64,000 bases of DNA from the NCBI GenBank assembly GCA_963674745.2, contig CAXXDV010000003.1, forward strand, positions 1,568,001 to 1,632,000. The letters run 5' to 3'. A program made the position numbers and the translations under genes. The DNA comes from Desulfosudaceae bacterium. Lineage in GTDB: Bacteria > Desulfobacterota > Desulfobacteria > Desulfobacterales > Desulfosudaceae. This document shows, piece after piece, positions 49,961 through 58,954 of the stretch (positions within the stretch are counted from its first letter, which is position 1; each line of letters starts with the position of its first letter). The notes beneath the pieces are model-generated. The model saw only the letters and a list, made by a program, of their open reading frames with translations, did not search any database and was not told the DNA's origin.

Positions 49961-50169
49961 GAGTCATCTTTACCCAGTGAATACCAAATTGATGTATCCA
50001 GCAAGTGGTCAATGATCAAAATCTCTGTGTCAAACTTCGTAAACAGTGACTGAGGGATACGCTCAAGGACGGACGATAATGTGCTTTGTGCGTTGTAGGC
50101 AACAATGAATATCAACGTCTTGTGACGGCTTGGAGCCTCGTGGACAATCGTTTTATTTTTTTTGCGCAT
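49957..50169 (-). pseudogene. N-terminal fragment of a GT2 glycosyltransferase
   Basis: IFIVAYNA..TL..VLERIP...EILIID, then breaks off. Confidence 0.65.
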
Positions 50170-50404
50170 TCACGTTACTGTTCCTGCCGGTAGAATATGA
50201 CTGCTTGATGGATAAGAGCTTGCTTTTATATAGCAAGTGCGGCCTTGTGTGTCAATATCTTTTAGGGTACCACCTAATAGGGCTCTTTTCTCATGTTCCC
50301 GATTATGGCTACTGGGCTGAATAATCCCAAAATTTGCCGACCGGGAGACACAGTAGCGCCGTCTCAAAAATCTCGTATTTTTCTTTGTATTCCACTGCTC
50401 TGAC

Positions 50405-50700
50405 ATTTTTTCTGTTCTTTTTATCTCTTTGATAATGTTCTTTAGAGTCCTGCGTTAAAGGGCCATCAACATGTGGTGGTCTCCTAAAACCATCGATTGG
50501 CAATGATTTATGATGAGACTGCCGGTTAAACGCTGGGCATTGATGCTACAGAAATTGAAGCCGCAGAGCGATTTTTTTGACCCTTGTGGCCGCTGAACAG
50601 CCCTGTAAAAAACCAATCGCAAGTTTGTGGGAGCTCAAAAATATTGACACACAAGGCTGTCCTTGCCATTAATGATGACCATAAAAGCAACTTCTTATCC
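50405..50700 (+). mobile_element. Family B element, right half
   Basis: tttatctctttgataatg, ccatcaacatgtggtgg, atattgacacacaagg...cttcttatcc. Confidence 0.75.
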
Positions 50701-50741
50701 CTATCAGGAATAAGCATTTAATTGTTTTAAAGGTAAAAAAA

Positions 50742-52397
50742 ATGGCTTTAAAAATTATTTCAGACAAGCCCCCTTCTGTGATTTTCATTGCAGGACTTAT
50801 TTCTTCATTAGTATTAATTATCTATTCAAAAACAGTTCATTTTGATTTTGTTTATCTTGATGATCCGCAATTTGTGATAAACAATTTCCATCTATCTGAA
50901 GGATTCTCACTAGAAAACATTTGGTGGGCCTTTACTTCTTCAACGGATATTTCTAATTATTGGATTCCGATTACCTGGCTATCTTTCATATTGGATTACA
51001 ATTTATACGGATTGAATCCCGGCGGATTTCATTTTACAAATTTTCTGCTGCACCTGCTGAACGCTATTCTGCTTTTTGTTTGTTTATTGAAATTTACCCA
51101 AAAATCTTACCCCAGTGCGTTTGTTGCGTTACTGTTTGCCGTACATCCACTTCATGTGGAGTCTGTTGCCTGGATTTCCGAACGAAAGGATGTGTTAAGT
51201 ACCTTCTTTTTTTTATTAACACTGTTATCATATCATTACTATTTGAAATCCTCTAGAATTTTAACCTATCTCGCAGTCATGGGTTCATTTTTATTGGGAA
51301 TTTTATCAAAACCAATGCTTGTGACCTTGCCGTTTATTTTGTTGTTGATTGATTTCTGGCCGTCAAAGCGGGTCTGTTTTGATTCTTCATTGAAATCTCA
51401 AAAACGAATAATCTTAAAAATTATTATCGAAAAAGTTCCTTTTATCCTGGTCATCATATTTTTAAGCTTCATGGCCTATATTACCCAAAAAAAAGGGCAC
51501 GCCATTACTCCCTTTTATGTTCACCCGCCTTTGATGAGAATTGAAAATCTATTTGTCGCCTATATGATTTACCTAAAAAAAATGGTATGGCCACTGGATT
51601 TAGCAGCCCATTATCCATATCCGGGCCAATTTCCTTATAGGGTTATTGCTTTTTCTGTTTTTGCATTTACATTTATTTCTTATTATTCATTGAAAAAAAT
51701 TAAAATCCTCCCTTTTATCGCATTTGGATGGTCATGGTTTATTATTACTCTTTTTCCGGTAATCGGTATTATTTTGATCGGCCCGTATCTTATTGCAGAC
51801 CGTTATGCCTATATTTCTCTGATCGGCATATATATCGCTGTCACATGGAGCTGCGCAGTTACCATTACAAACAAATACCCGCAGACAAAGAATGGAATGA
51901 TAGCCATCAGCGTTGGTATCATCTTAGTTTTAACAGTCCTCTCATGGCGCCAAGTTCAATACTGGGAGAATAGTGAGGAACTATTTAAGAGAACATTTGC
52001 TATCAATCCGCACAACTCTGTAGCGCATAATAATTTGGCGACTTATTACAACGATCGCCATCAATATTTAAAAGCCATCTCGCATTATCAAGAAGCTATC
52101 CGAATAAGTCCGAATTATGCTAATGCATATTATAATCTTGGAAATACCTTTAAAAATATTCAAAAATACAACAAATCGATTCAAAATTATTTAAAAGCAG
52201 TGGAACTGAATCCTAAAAATGTTGAGGCGTACAACAATCTTGGCATCGCTTATTTCTTCGTAAATGATCTTGATCAAAGTATAATATCTTTCCGCAAGGC
52301 GCTGCAAATCGCCCCTAATTACATCATTGCAAAAGAAAATTTACAGCGTGTTTTAATTGAAAAGGAAAATAGTTGTTGCCCATTCAAAAAAGAATAA
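50742..52397 (+). CDS. TMTC-like membrane glycosyltransferase with C-terminal TPRs
   Basis: FVYLDD, HPLHVESVAWISERKD, ADRYAY, TPR repeats; visibly AT-rich. Confidence 0.88.
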   Translation: MALKIISDKPPSVIFIAGLISSLVLIIYSKTVHFDFVYLDDPQFVINNFHLSEGFSLENIWWAFTSSTDISNYWIPITWLSFILDYNLYGLNPGGFHFTNFLLHLLNAILLFVCLLKFTQKSYPSAFVALLFAVHPLHVESVAWISERKDVLSTFFFLLTLLSYHYYLKSSRILTYLAVMGSFLLGILSKPMLVTLPFILLLIDFWPSKRVCFDSSLKSQKRIILKIIIEKVPFILVIIFLSFMAYITQKKGHAITPFYVHPPLMRIENLFVAYMIYLKKMVWPLDLAAHYPYPGQFPYRVIAFSVFAFTFISYYSLKKIKILPFIAFGWSWFIITLFPVIGIILIGPYLIADRYAYISLIGIYIAVTWSCAVTITNKYPQTKNGMIAISVGIILVLTVLSWRQVQYWENSEELFKRTFAINPHNSVAHNNLATYYNDRHQYLKAISHYQEAIRISPNYANAYYNLGNTFKNIQKYNKSIQNYLKAVELNPKNVEAYNNLGIAYFFVNDLDQSIISFRKALQIAPNYIIAKENLQRVLIEKENSCCPFKKE

Positions 52398-52409
52398 AAA
52401 ACCAATAAA

Positions 52410-53144
52410 TTATCTCTTGTAATGTTTCCAAAGTTGATACATCTCGGAAAGAATCAAAGGGAAATCGAAGGCGTGAATTTTTGAACCCTCAATGTGTGTC
52501 CATTCCAGCAGGGGTTCTTCCTGAATATTTCTAGGTAACTTGTTTGATAAAGATAAAAACCTGGCAAGAATCTCAACATCAAATAACCATTTGGTTAAAA
52601 ACGGTTCGGAAATAATCTTTCTGAGTTTTGGCGTTGTTCGGAATAATTTGGCCCCGCATTGAGTGTCATAGATTGGGATATCAAGGATAATAGAAAAAAT
52701 TGTAGCAAAAAAACGGCCAATATAATGCCGAGATTTCCGACGCTGGATATGTCTACCAAGCAGAAGCACTCTCGCCCCCAACACAGCTTCAATATCTGGA
52801 TTCCTTTGAAGGACCGAAATTAATCGATCAATCTCACTAAGAGGCGCAGATAGGTCTGCATCCCAATATCCAACTGTATCCGTTTCTTTTTTTAACGCAT
52901 GAAGGAATCCGATTCGAACAGCCTCTCCTTTACCACCATTATCCTCTAAATGAATAACTTCTAAGGTGTCTGATTTCTTCTTGCAAAGGGCATCTAATAT
53001 ATGACCGGTGCAATCTTTACTACCATCATTAATAAATATAAAAGAGATATTCTCATGCCGGCAGGCATATTCAATAAAATTTTCAACGGGAAGCCGTTTA
53101 GCTTCATTATAACAAGGGACCACAATGGCAGTTGAATGAAACAT
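52410..53144 (-). CDS. GT2 glycosyltransferase (Dol-P-Glc synthase-like)
   Basis: VVPCYNE, INDGS, GKGEAVR, DADL, DTQCGAKLF. Confidence 0.9.
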   Translation of the reverse strand: MFHSTAIVVPCYNEAKRLPVENFIEYACRHENISFIFINDGSKDCTGHILDALCKKKSDTLEVIHLEDNGGKGEAVRIGFLHALKKETDTVGYWDADLSAPLSEIDRLISVLQRNPDIEAVLGARVLLLGRHIQRRKSRHYIGRFFATIFSIILDIPIYDTQCGAKLFRTTPKLRKIISEPFLTKWLFDVEILARFLSLSNKLPRNIQEEPLLEWTHIEGSKIHAFDFPLILSEMYQLWKHYKR

Positions 53145-53303
53145 AGTAATCAGATTTTCCACCTCAACGTCATCGACATAAATTTCCGCTTTTAATCGCA
53201 GGGCCAGGGCAATGGCATCACCGGGGCGGCCTTTTAAGAAAAATTCTCTGTCTTTTGAAATACAGTATATTTTGGCATAAAATGTATTCCCTGAATTGTG
53301 CAC
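53145..53303 (-). pseudogene. C-terminal fragment of a bifunctional nuclease (DUF151-like), in frame with the GT2
   Basis: NTFYAKIY...RPGDAIALALR..A.IYV. Confidence 0.6.
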
Positions 53304-53449
53304 GGGTATTGCAAAAAAACATCCGAGTCTCCTCTTATATTAGTGTTTAATAGAGAACCAATAATAAAAACAGAAGGGACCCAAATGGTAAAACAGCGAA
53401 TACACGATATCAGGAAAAAGGCCACCAGTAAACAATTTAAGGGGCCTCA

Positions 53450-53753
53450 GGGGTCGGACCTAAAGGGCCTCAGGGAGCGGACCTAACTAACGGTCTGATC
53501 TAAAACAAGATACATCTCAAAATCACCGAAGAATAAGGCTTAGAAAGCACTTTTTGCCCCTAAAAAGATCATTCTAAGTTTTTTTACATAATTGGCATCT
53601 TAAATCAATGTTATTAACCCCCAAAAGTTATTTTAAAAGCTAAGAAACAGCTTTATTTATTTTCACCGGGCGGATTAAAGTGCGGTCTCAAAAATATTGA
53701 CACACAAGACCGTCATTGCTATAAATGGTTAACTTAAAAACAAGTTCTTATCC
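53450..53753 (+). mobile_element. Family B element with both ends (about 300 bp)
   Basis: Duplicated left end ggggtcggacc/gggagcggacc; TTGACA(53697)-17-TATAAA; caagttcttatcc. Confidence 0.82.
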
Positions 53754-53832
53754 TTCCTTTATACTTATCCTTTGAAGACACTGGGGGTGCTGAAACGGAA
53801 ATAAAAACATTGACCGAACGCAGAACGTCATA

Positions 53833-54858
53833 ATGAAACCCGCATATTCAGTTATCACAGTCCTTGTTCTGACCCTAATCGTAATAATAGTCGGTGGAGA
53901 GTTATATCTTCGGCATCAGTTTTCGGCTTACACCACCGCCCTCTGCCCTTCACCATGCCAAAAAGACAACTCGATCGGCTGGATTAACAAAAAAGCCATC
54001 ATCAATAGCCCTTCCTTTTCGAACGATCGGGATAATATTACAATCACGCAGTCAGCAGACGGGAGAAGGATTACTTCTGATGATGGATTAAACAGTTCGA
54101 ATGTTCTCGATCAACTGGTTGTCGTCGGTGGATCTTTTACTCAAGGTTATGGCCTGTCTGACGAAGAAACCTGGCCCTGGCTTCTCCAACAAAAAACACC
54201 CTGCATAGAGATTTTAAATTATGGCACCACCGGATATGGAACATATCAATGCCTGCTAACGCTGGAACGGGTCCTTCCGACGTTGTCTTCACCCAAAATT
54301 GTCATATACGGATTTCTAGAGCATCATCTAATAAGAAATGTGTCACCACCCGATTGGCAGGCGATGCTGGCCATGAACCGGAAAGGAGAGGTTTGGCTTC
54401 CTTATGTTGATATTGATGAGCAAGGCAAACTGGTTCGTTATCCCCCCACTCCTGTCAAGCGATGGCCTTTGGACCATTCTTCAGCGATGGTAAGACTGAT
54501 TGAAATTATGTATCTGAAAACCTTTCAAAGCAGAAACTATTTTGAAAAAATGGACGCCGCCTGGCAACTTATTATGATAGAGATGAGAAACCTATGCGCC
54601 AGGCATGGCTGCCGCCTGGTAGTAATGATTCTTGGATTAAACGACCAAAGCCAAAAGCAGTTTTATACAACGTTCTTAAAAATGAACCATATTGACTATA
54701 TAGACGGCAGCCTCGAATTCTGTCCGGAGTTGCTGCTGGAAAAAGACCCTTTTCATCATCCCAACCCCAAGGCTAATGCCGTCTGGGCGGACATCCTCAG
54801 CAGTCATATTTATTGCCGGGAAAACGAACAGATTGATTTCGTCAAACGCGGACCCTGA
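53833..54858 (+). CDS. SGNH/GDSL-like protein with N-terminal TM
   Basis: VGGSFTQG, NYGTTGYG, D..HHPN. Confidence 0.75.
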   Translation: MKPAYSVITVLVLTLIVIIVGGELYLRHQFSAYTTALCPSPCQKDNSIGWINKKAIINSPSFSNDRDNITITQSADGRRITSDDGLNSSNVLDQLVVVGGSFTQGYGLSDEETWPWLLQQKTPCIEILNYGTTGYGTYQCLLTLERVLPTLSSPKIVIYGFLEHHLIRNVSPPDWQAMLAMNRKGEVWLPYVDIDEQGKLVRYPPTPVKRWPLDHSSAMVRLIEIMYLKTFQSRNYFEKMDAAWQLIMIEMRNLCARHGCRLVVMILGLNDQSQKQFYTTFLKMNHIDYIDGSLEFCPELLLEKDPFHHPNPKANAVWADILSSHIYCRENEQIDFVKRGP

Positions 54859-55450
54859 TGATTGGTTATGAGGCAATCGCCTCTTCCGGCGCAGAGATTT
54901 CAAGTACCTCAAGCTGGTTTTGGGAACTTATGGCTGGGGAACTCGGCATTTCCTTTAAAGAAATCTACATCTGTATACGGATAATGACCGACGTAACCCG
55001 ACAAACCAAGGAACGGTTTCGGTTTGAAAACTAGCCTTTTTTCCGGAATTCCGGAGACTGTATGTCTGTTTTCGTGGAAATTCCGGCCGAACAATGACCC
55101 CGGCGGTGTGACGCCCCTGCCCTGTGCTTCTTAATATGGTTCGATCCCAAAGCATACACCATCCAGTTTTCTGGGAATTTGTCCTGAATATCAGGACAAA
55201 AATATATTCAATAATGGGTCCTGAGATGATCCTATCCCCATCCCATCACAATCAAATGAGCCGCGCAAAATCTGATATTCATTCAAAAAAGCCAATGTGT
55301 TTAATACGTTATTTATGATTCCATCCGTTTTAACCGTATGCATAATAAACCGCCGGATAAAAGCATTTGTCTTTGGCATATTTTTTGGAACCCATCAAAA
55401 CCAGATATAAACCGGATCGGTTTTTGAGCAGTTAATTGATTAAGGGAGGA

Positions 55451-55612
55451 ATGCATATACCAGGAAAAAATTGTGCCGTTAAAACTTGTACAAGGAAGAG
55501 TGGGGGCGGAAATCCCTGCTATGTTATCCTGGTGATTCTGGTTTTGGTCTTTCCCCTTGCTATCCCGGCTCAAGCTGAAAAAGGATTATTATGGCATGGT
55601 AACTGTAAATAA
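55451..55612 (+). pseudogene. Signal-peptide-only gene fragment
   Basis: GGAGG then M...VILVILVLVFPLAIPAQAEKGLLW, stopping just before aattccgg repeats at 55621. Confidence 0.4.
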
Positions 55613-55805
55613 TCGTTTTAAATTCCGGTTAAATTCCGGCGGCCGTCTCTCTATTTCTTTGTAACTCGATTATATGAACAAAGAAGGATGCTGTCCCCGT
55701 TAATTCAGTTTCTCCCAACACGATTGACACAAAAAAACACCCCTGATATAAACATTCTATATCAAAAAACGCCTTTCTGATGCTGTCAAGTATACAGGTA
55801 AACTG

Positions 55806-56447
55806 ATGCGTCATGAACTGACAGACAAGCCGAGGGAAGTCCGTTGTATTCCCGCCGACATCGACCCGGAACTTTTGAAGCAGGACCTTCCGGTTTTCCA
55901 ACAGAAAGCCGTTGACGCCGGTGCTGCCGACTGTGCCGTTATCACCAGCAGAGACATCATTTTCAACCCGGAAATTACCGCCCGGGTGGCGGCGGACAGT
56001 CGTTTTCCTTCCGTACACTGGCCCCTGGATTACCCCGTAGACGACCTGGCCGAGGCGCTTTGCGCCTATGATAAAGGTATTTTCTTTCGTATGGGCAGGG
56101 TCCCCGGCATGCCGGCCTACGGCGGCGGCCCGATAAGGGATGAAAGCCATCGCCGTCTTTATCAGCAGACCTATGAAATCATTACCCTGATCGAGTCGGC
56201 CGCCTTTTATCTCGGGTATCATCTGGCAATGGGGCTGGCGGCAGGCAACTGCCGGGGCATTTTCTGCGCGGAGGAAAAGCGGTGCCGGCCGATGATCAAA
56301 GGCCAGTCTTGTATCCACGCGAATATCGGCCGTCCTTCTATGGAGGCGGCCGGAATTGACGCCCGGGCCATGTCTGCGGCGCTGAAATGGGAAACAGGTC
56401 CCCCCCCCGATGGTTTTGAAATCGCGGGGCTGGTGATGATTGCCTGA
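55806..56447 (+). CDS. DUF2284-like metal-binding protein
   Basis: AAGNC..IFC, RPSMEAAGID. Confidence 0.75.
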   Translation: MRHELTDKPREVRCIPADIDPELLKQDLPVFQQKAVDAGAADCAVITSRDIIFNPEITARVAADSRFPSVHWPLDYPVDDLAEALCAYDKGIFFRMGRVPGMPAYGGGPIRDESHRRLYQQTYEIITLIESAAFYLGYHLAMGLAAGNCRGIFCAEEKRCRPMIKGQSCIHANIGRPSMEAAGIDARAMSAALKWETGPPPDGFEIAGLVMIA

Positions 56448-56464
56448 AAAGAGAGGAAGCGTCA

Positions 56465-57154
56465 GTGACCAATGCTGCGGTAACAGAACCGGAAAACCGG
56501 CTGGAAAACAACGTTCAGCATCTTAAACGTCTGGCCGTAAAACGCGGTGCTGATGATGCCGTGGTCATCTCTGCCGCGGATGTCATCGTTGACCCCCGGG
56601 TCCGGTTTAAATGCATGATACCCAGATGTTACATGTCCGGTAGCTGCGGCCACTGCCCCCCGCACGGGTATTCCACTCAACAAACGCGGGACATCGTGTC
56701 CGGGTATGGCCGGGCCGTTTTTTTCCGGGTCGGCGTCAAAAGTACCATCATTGCGGCCGACAATGTCCACGAAGCCATTGAATCCGGGGTAATGGATGCC
56801 GGCGGTCATGCCTTGAACCTGGGCGGGTACTATATCCTGGTGTTCAGTATTGTTAAAATTCTGCAAAAAACGGCCGAAGCCGAAGGCTACCGCACCCATG
56901 GTTTTGCCGCAGGTAACTGCCGGGATCCGTTCTGCCATCTTAGGCCGGTTTGCCAGAGCCTGATGACCGACCGGGGCTGCCGGCATCCCAACCTGAGTTC
57001 TTTCTCCATGGAATCCACCGGCATGGATGTTTACCGGATGGCGGCCAGGGTCGGCTGGCAGCAGTATCCCATTGGCGGGAGTTGTCAGCCGGACAGTGTC
57101 CCCCGGGGAAGCCTGATGGGGCTGGTACTGGTAGGCCAAAAAAAAGAGGGGTAA
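56465..57154 (+). CDS. DUF2284-like metal-binding protein
   Basis: DPRVRFKC..PRC......CPP, AAGNC, SMESTGMDV. Confidence 0.8.
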   Translation: MTNAAVTEPENRLENNVQHLKRLAVKRGADDAVVISAADVIVDPRVRFKCMIPRCYMSGSCGHCPPHGYSTQQTRDIVSGYGRAVFFRVGVKSTIIAADNVHEAIESGVMDAGGHALNLGGYYILVFSIVKILQKTAEAEGYRTHGFAAGNCRDPFCHLRPVCQSLMTDRGCRHPNLSSFSMESTGMDVYRMAARVGWQQYPIGGSCQPDSVPRGSLMGLVLVGQKKEG

Positions 57155-57158
57155 AACC

Positions 57159-57416
57159 ATGAAAAAACGGCCGGCAGGCATTTCCCTTAAAATCCGTGAA
57201 ATCCGCAAAAACATTCAGGCCCTCAAGCAAATGAACCTGACACCGGCCCAGGCAATGAATATGCTCAAAGAACCGGTACTGTGGTTCCGGGTGACTCGGA
57301 ATTTTCGTGAAATTGAAGGGTCCTGGTTCAAAGCCATCAAGCTTTACGTCTATATGTTTGAAGGCGTACCCGACAAAAGGCGGGACAAATCAGCCGGAAG
57401 CAACAGGAAACGATAA
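57159..57416 (+). CDS. Small basic hypothetical protein
   Basis: GAGG RBS, follows the DUF2284 pair. Confidence 0.5.
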   Translation: MKKRPAGISLKIREIRKNIQALKQMNLTPAQAMNMLKEPVLWFRVTRNFREIEGSWFKAIKLYVYMFEGVPDKRRDKSAGSNRKR

Positions 57417-57514
57417 GCAACCGGTTAACCATTATTGCGTTCATACCCATGAGTATTTTTTTATCCTATATTAAAGAACCCTTTTATTCCAGAAGTTCCG
57501 TCACCACCAGGGGT

Positions 57515-57570
57515 AACCGGGGTCGGACCAAAAGAAGGTTTAGACTAACAGGTTGATTTAAAATCGCGAA
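57515..57570 (+). repeat. Family B left end
   Basis: aaccggggtcggaccaaa. Confidence 0.75.
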
Positions 57571-57712
57571 AACCCCCTGAATCCCCCCCTAATTCTTGAG
57601 TTCTCCCCCGAATTCACCAAACAACTTTGAAAGATTGCCCGGAATTGCTATTATTGTAATGATACAAAACAATAGAGAGAACAAAATTAACATCCTGACC
57701 TGGGGAGAAAAA

Positions 57713-58810
57713 ATGGCGTTAAATTCGGATTCATCGAACCCGGCCGATAAAAGGCATATCCCTTCAAAAGCAAAGATGAAAAAATTCAAGGCGACCTTCA
57801 ACGGCGAGACGATAAGGGGCAATTATGTTCTTATCGACGCCAGATCGTCCGAAGAAAAAACGGCCGACAAGGCCGATGGAAGCCTGAAAGGCCCGGTAAT
57901 GGTATTCTTTCAGGGCCACGGTCAGCGGCCGAAAGACTGCTATGAATTCACGAAGGTGCTGGCGCTTAACGGTTTATCGGGTATATGCCTTGTGCCGACA
58001 TGCGACACCCCTTTTGGTGACGATCCGGCATGGCGGGGCGACCGGGGAAAAATGGTCATCCTGATGGAGGCGATCAGGCATATGCTCGATGAGTGCGGCG
58101 TCTCGGTCGAAGGCTTCAGCCCGATAACCGACATGCCATCGCTGATAAACGGCAGTCCCCTCGTCCCGAAGCCGGACAACAGTTCCGGGAACATCTGTTC
58201 GATCGGCTGGTCTCACGGCGGGATACTCGCCAGGGAATTTGCCTCGAACTATCCCGGCGCCGTCATTGGACTGGCCACTGTCTGCCCGGCCGGTTATAAA
58301 AAATGGAAAAATCCCGGCCATCTGCTCGTAAGATTCGCACTGGAAGCGATCAATTCGGGCGTGCAGACGCTGACAAAAAAATCCCCCGGCGCTATCGGTT
58401 CCGCGTGGGGGCTTACCTGCGGACTTACCGGTGATATTTCCAGATCGGTGACCGACAGCCTTTTGTCAGGCAAACCGTCCAAACTGACGAGGGCATATAA
58501 AGATATCAGCGACTGCGCCCGATTAACTGACGACAGCGTCGCACCGGTCGGCGGCCTTAAAAACATAGCGGTCATCTTCGCGCGCAACGATACATGCATA
58601 GCGGCAGGCGAATACGGCATCGGAAATCTTGATAATCCTTCCGACAGCGACATCGAAGCGTTCTGGAAGCGATACTATCCGTCTAATCCGGCGGACAAAA
58701 CGACTCTGGCATTCAGGATTCTGCCGGGATCGCATACGGCGCCGGCTGCGCACAGCAGGCGCTATGCCGAAACGGTTCTGTCCGCGCTCGGTCAGACCGG
58801 ATTGGAATAA
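57713..58810 (+). CDS. Alpha/beta hydrolase
   Basis: GWSHGG nucleophile elbow, PGSH. Confidence 0.75.
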   Translation: MALNSDSSNPADKRHIPSKAKMKKFKATFNGETIRGNYVLIDARSSEEKTADKADGSLKGPVMVFFQGHGQRPKDCYEFTKVLALNGLSGICLVPTCDTPFGDDPAWRGDRGKMVILMEAIRHMLDECGVSVEGFSPITDMPSLINGSPLVPKPDNSSGNICSIGWSHGGILAREFASNYPGAVIGLATVCPAGYKKWKNPGHLLVRFALEAINSGVQTLTKKSPGAIGSAWGLTCGLTGDISRSVTDSLLSGKPSKLTRAYKDISDCARLTDDSVAPVGGLKNIAVIFARNDTCIAAGEYGIGNLDNPSDSDIEAFWKRYYPSNPADKTTLAFRILPGSHTAPAAHSRRYAETVLSALGQTGLE

Positions 58811-58837
58811 ACGCACGAAGGGAGTCCCCTGGCTGGT

Positions 58838-58902
58838 AAATATTGACACACAAGGCCGGACCTTGCTATATGATGATGACCATAAAGGCAGCTTTTTTAT
58901 CC
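58838..58902 (+). repeat. Family B right end with promoter-like sequence
   Basis: aaatattgacacacaaggccggaccttgctata...ttatcc. Confidence 0.78.
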
Positions 58903-58954
58903 TTCATTGAGTCATTTTGATGATACCAGTATGCAAATAAAGGAACCCGTTTAA

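Noticed and set aside
2685..58902. CRISPR array or classical integron attC array
   Set aside because: Repeats are kilobases apart with no regular spacers. No cas or tyrosine-recombinase (IntI) gene is present, and there are no consistent RYYYAAC/GTTRRRY boxes.
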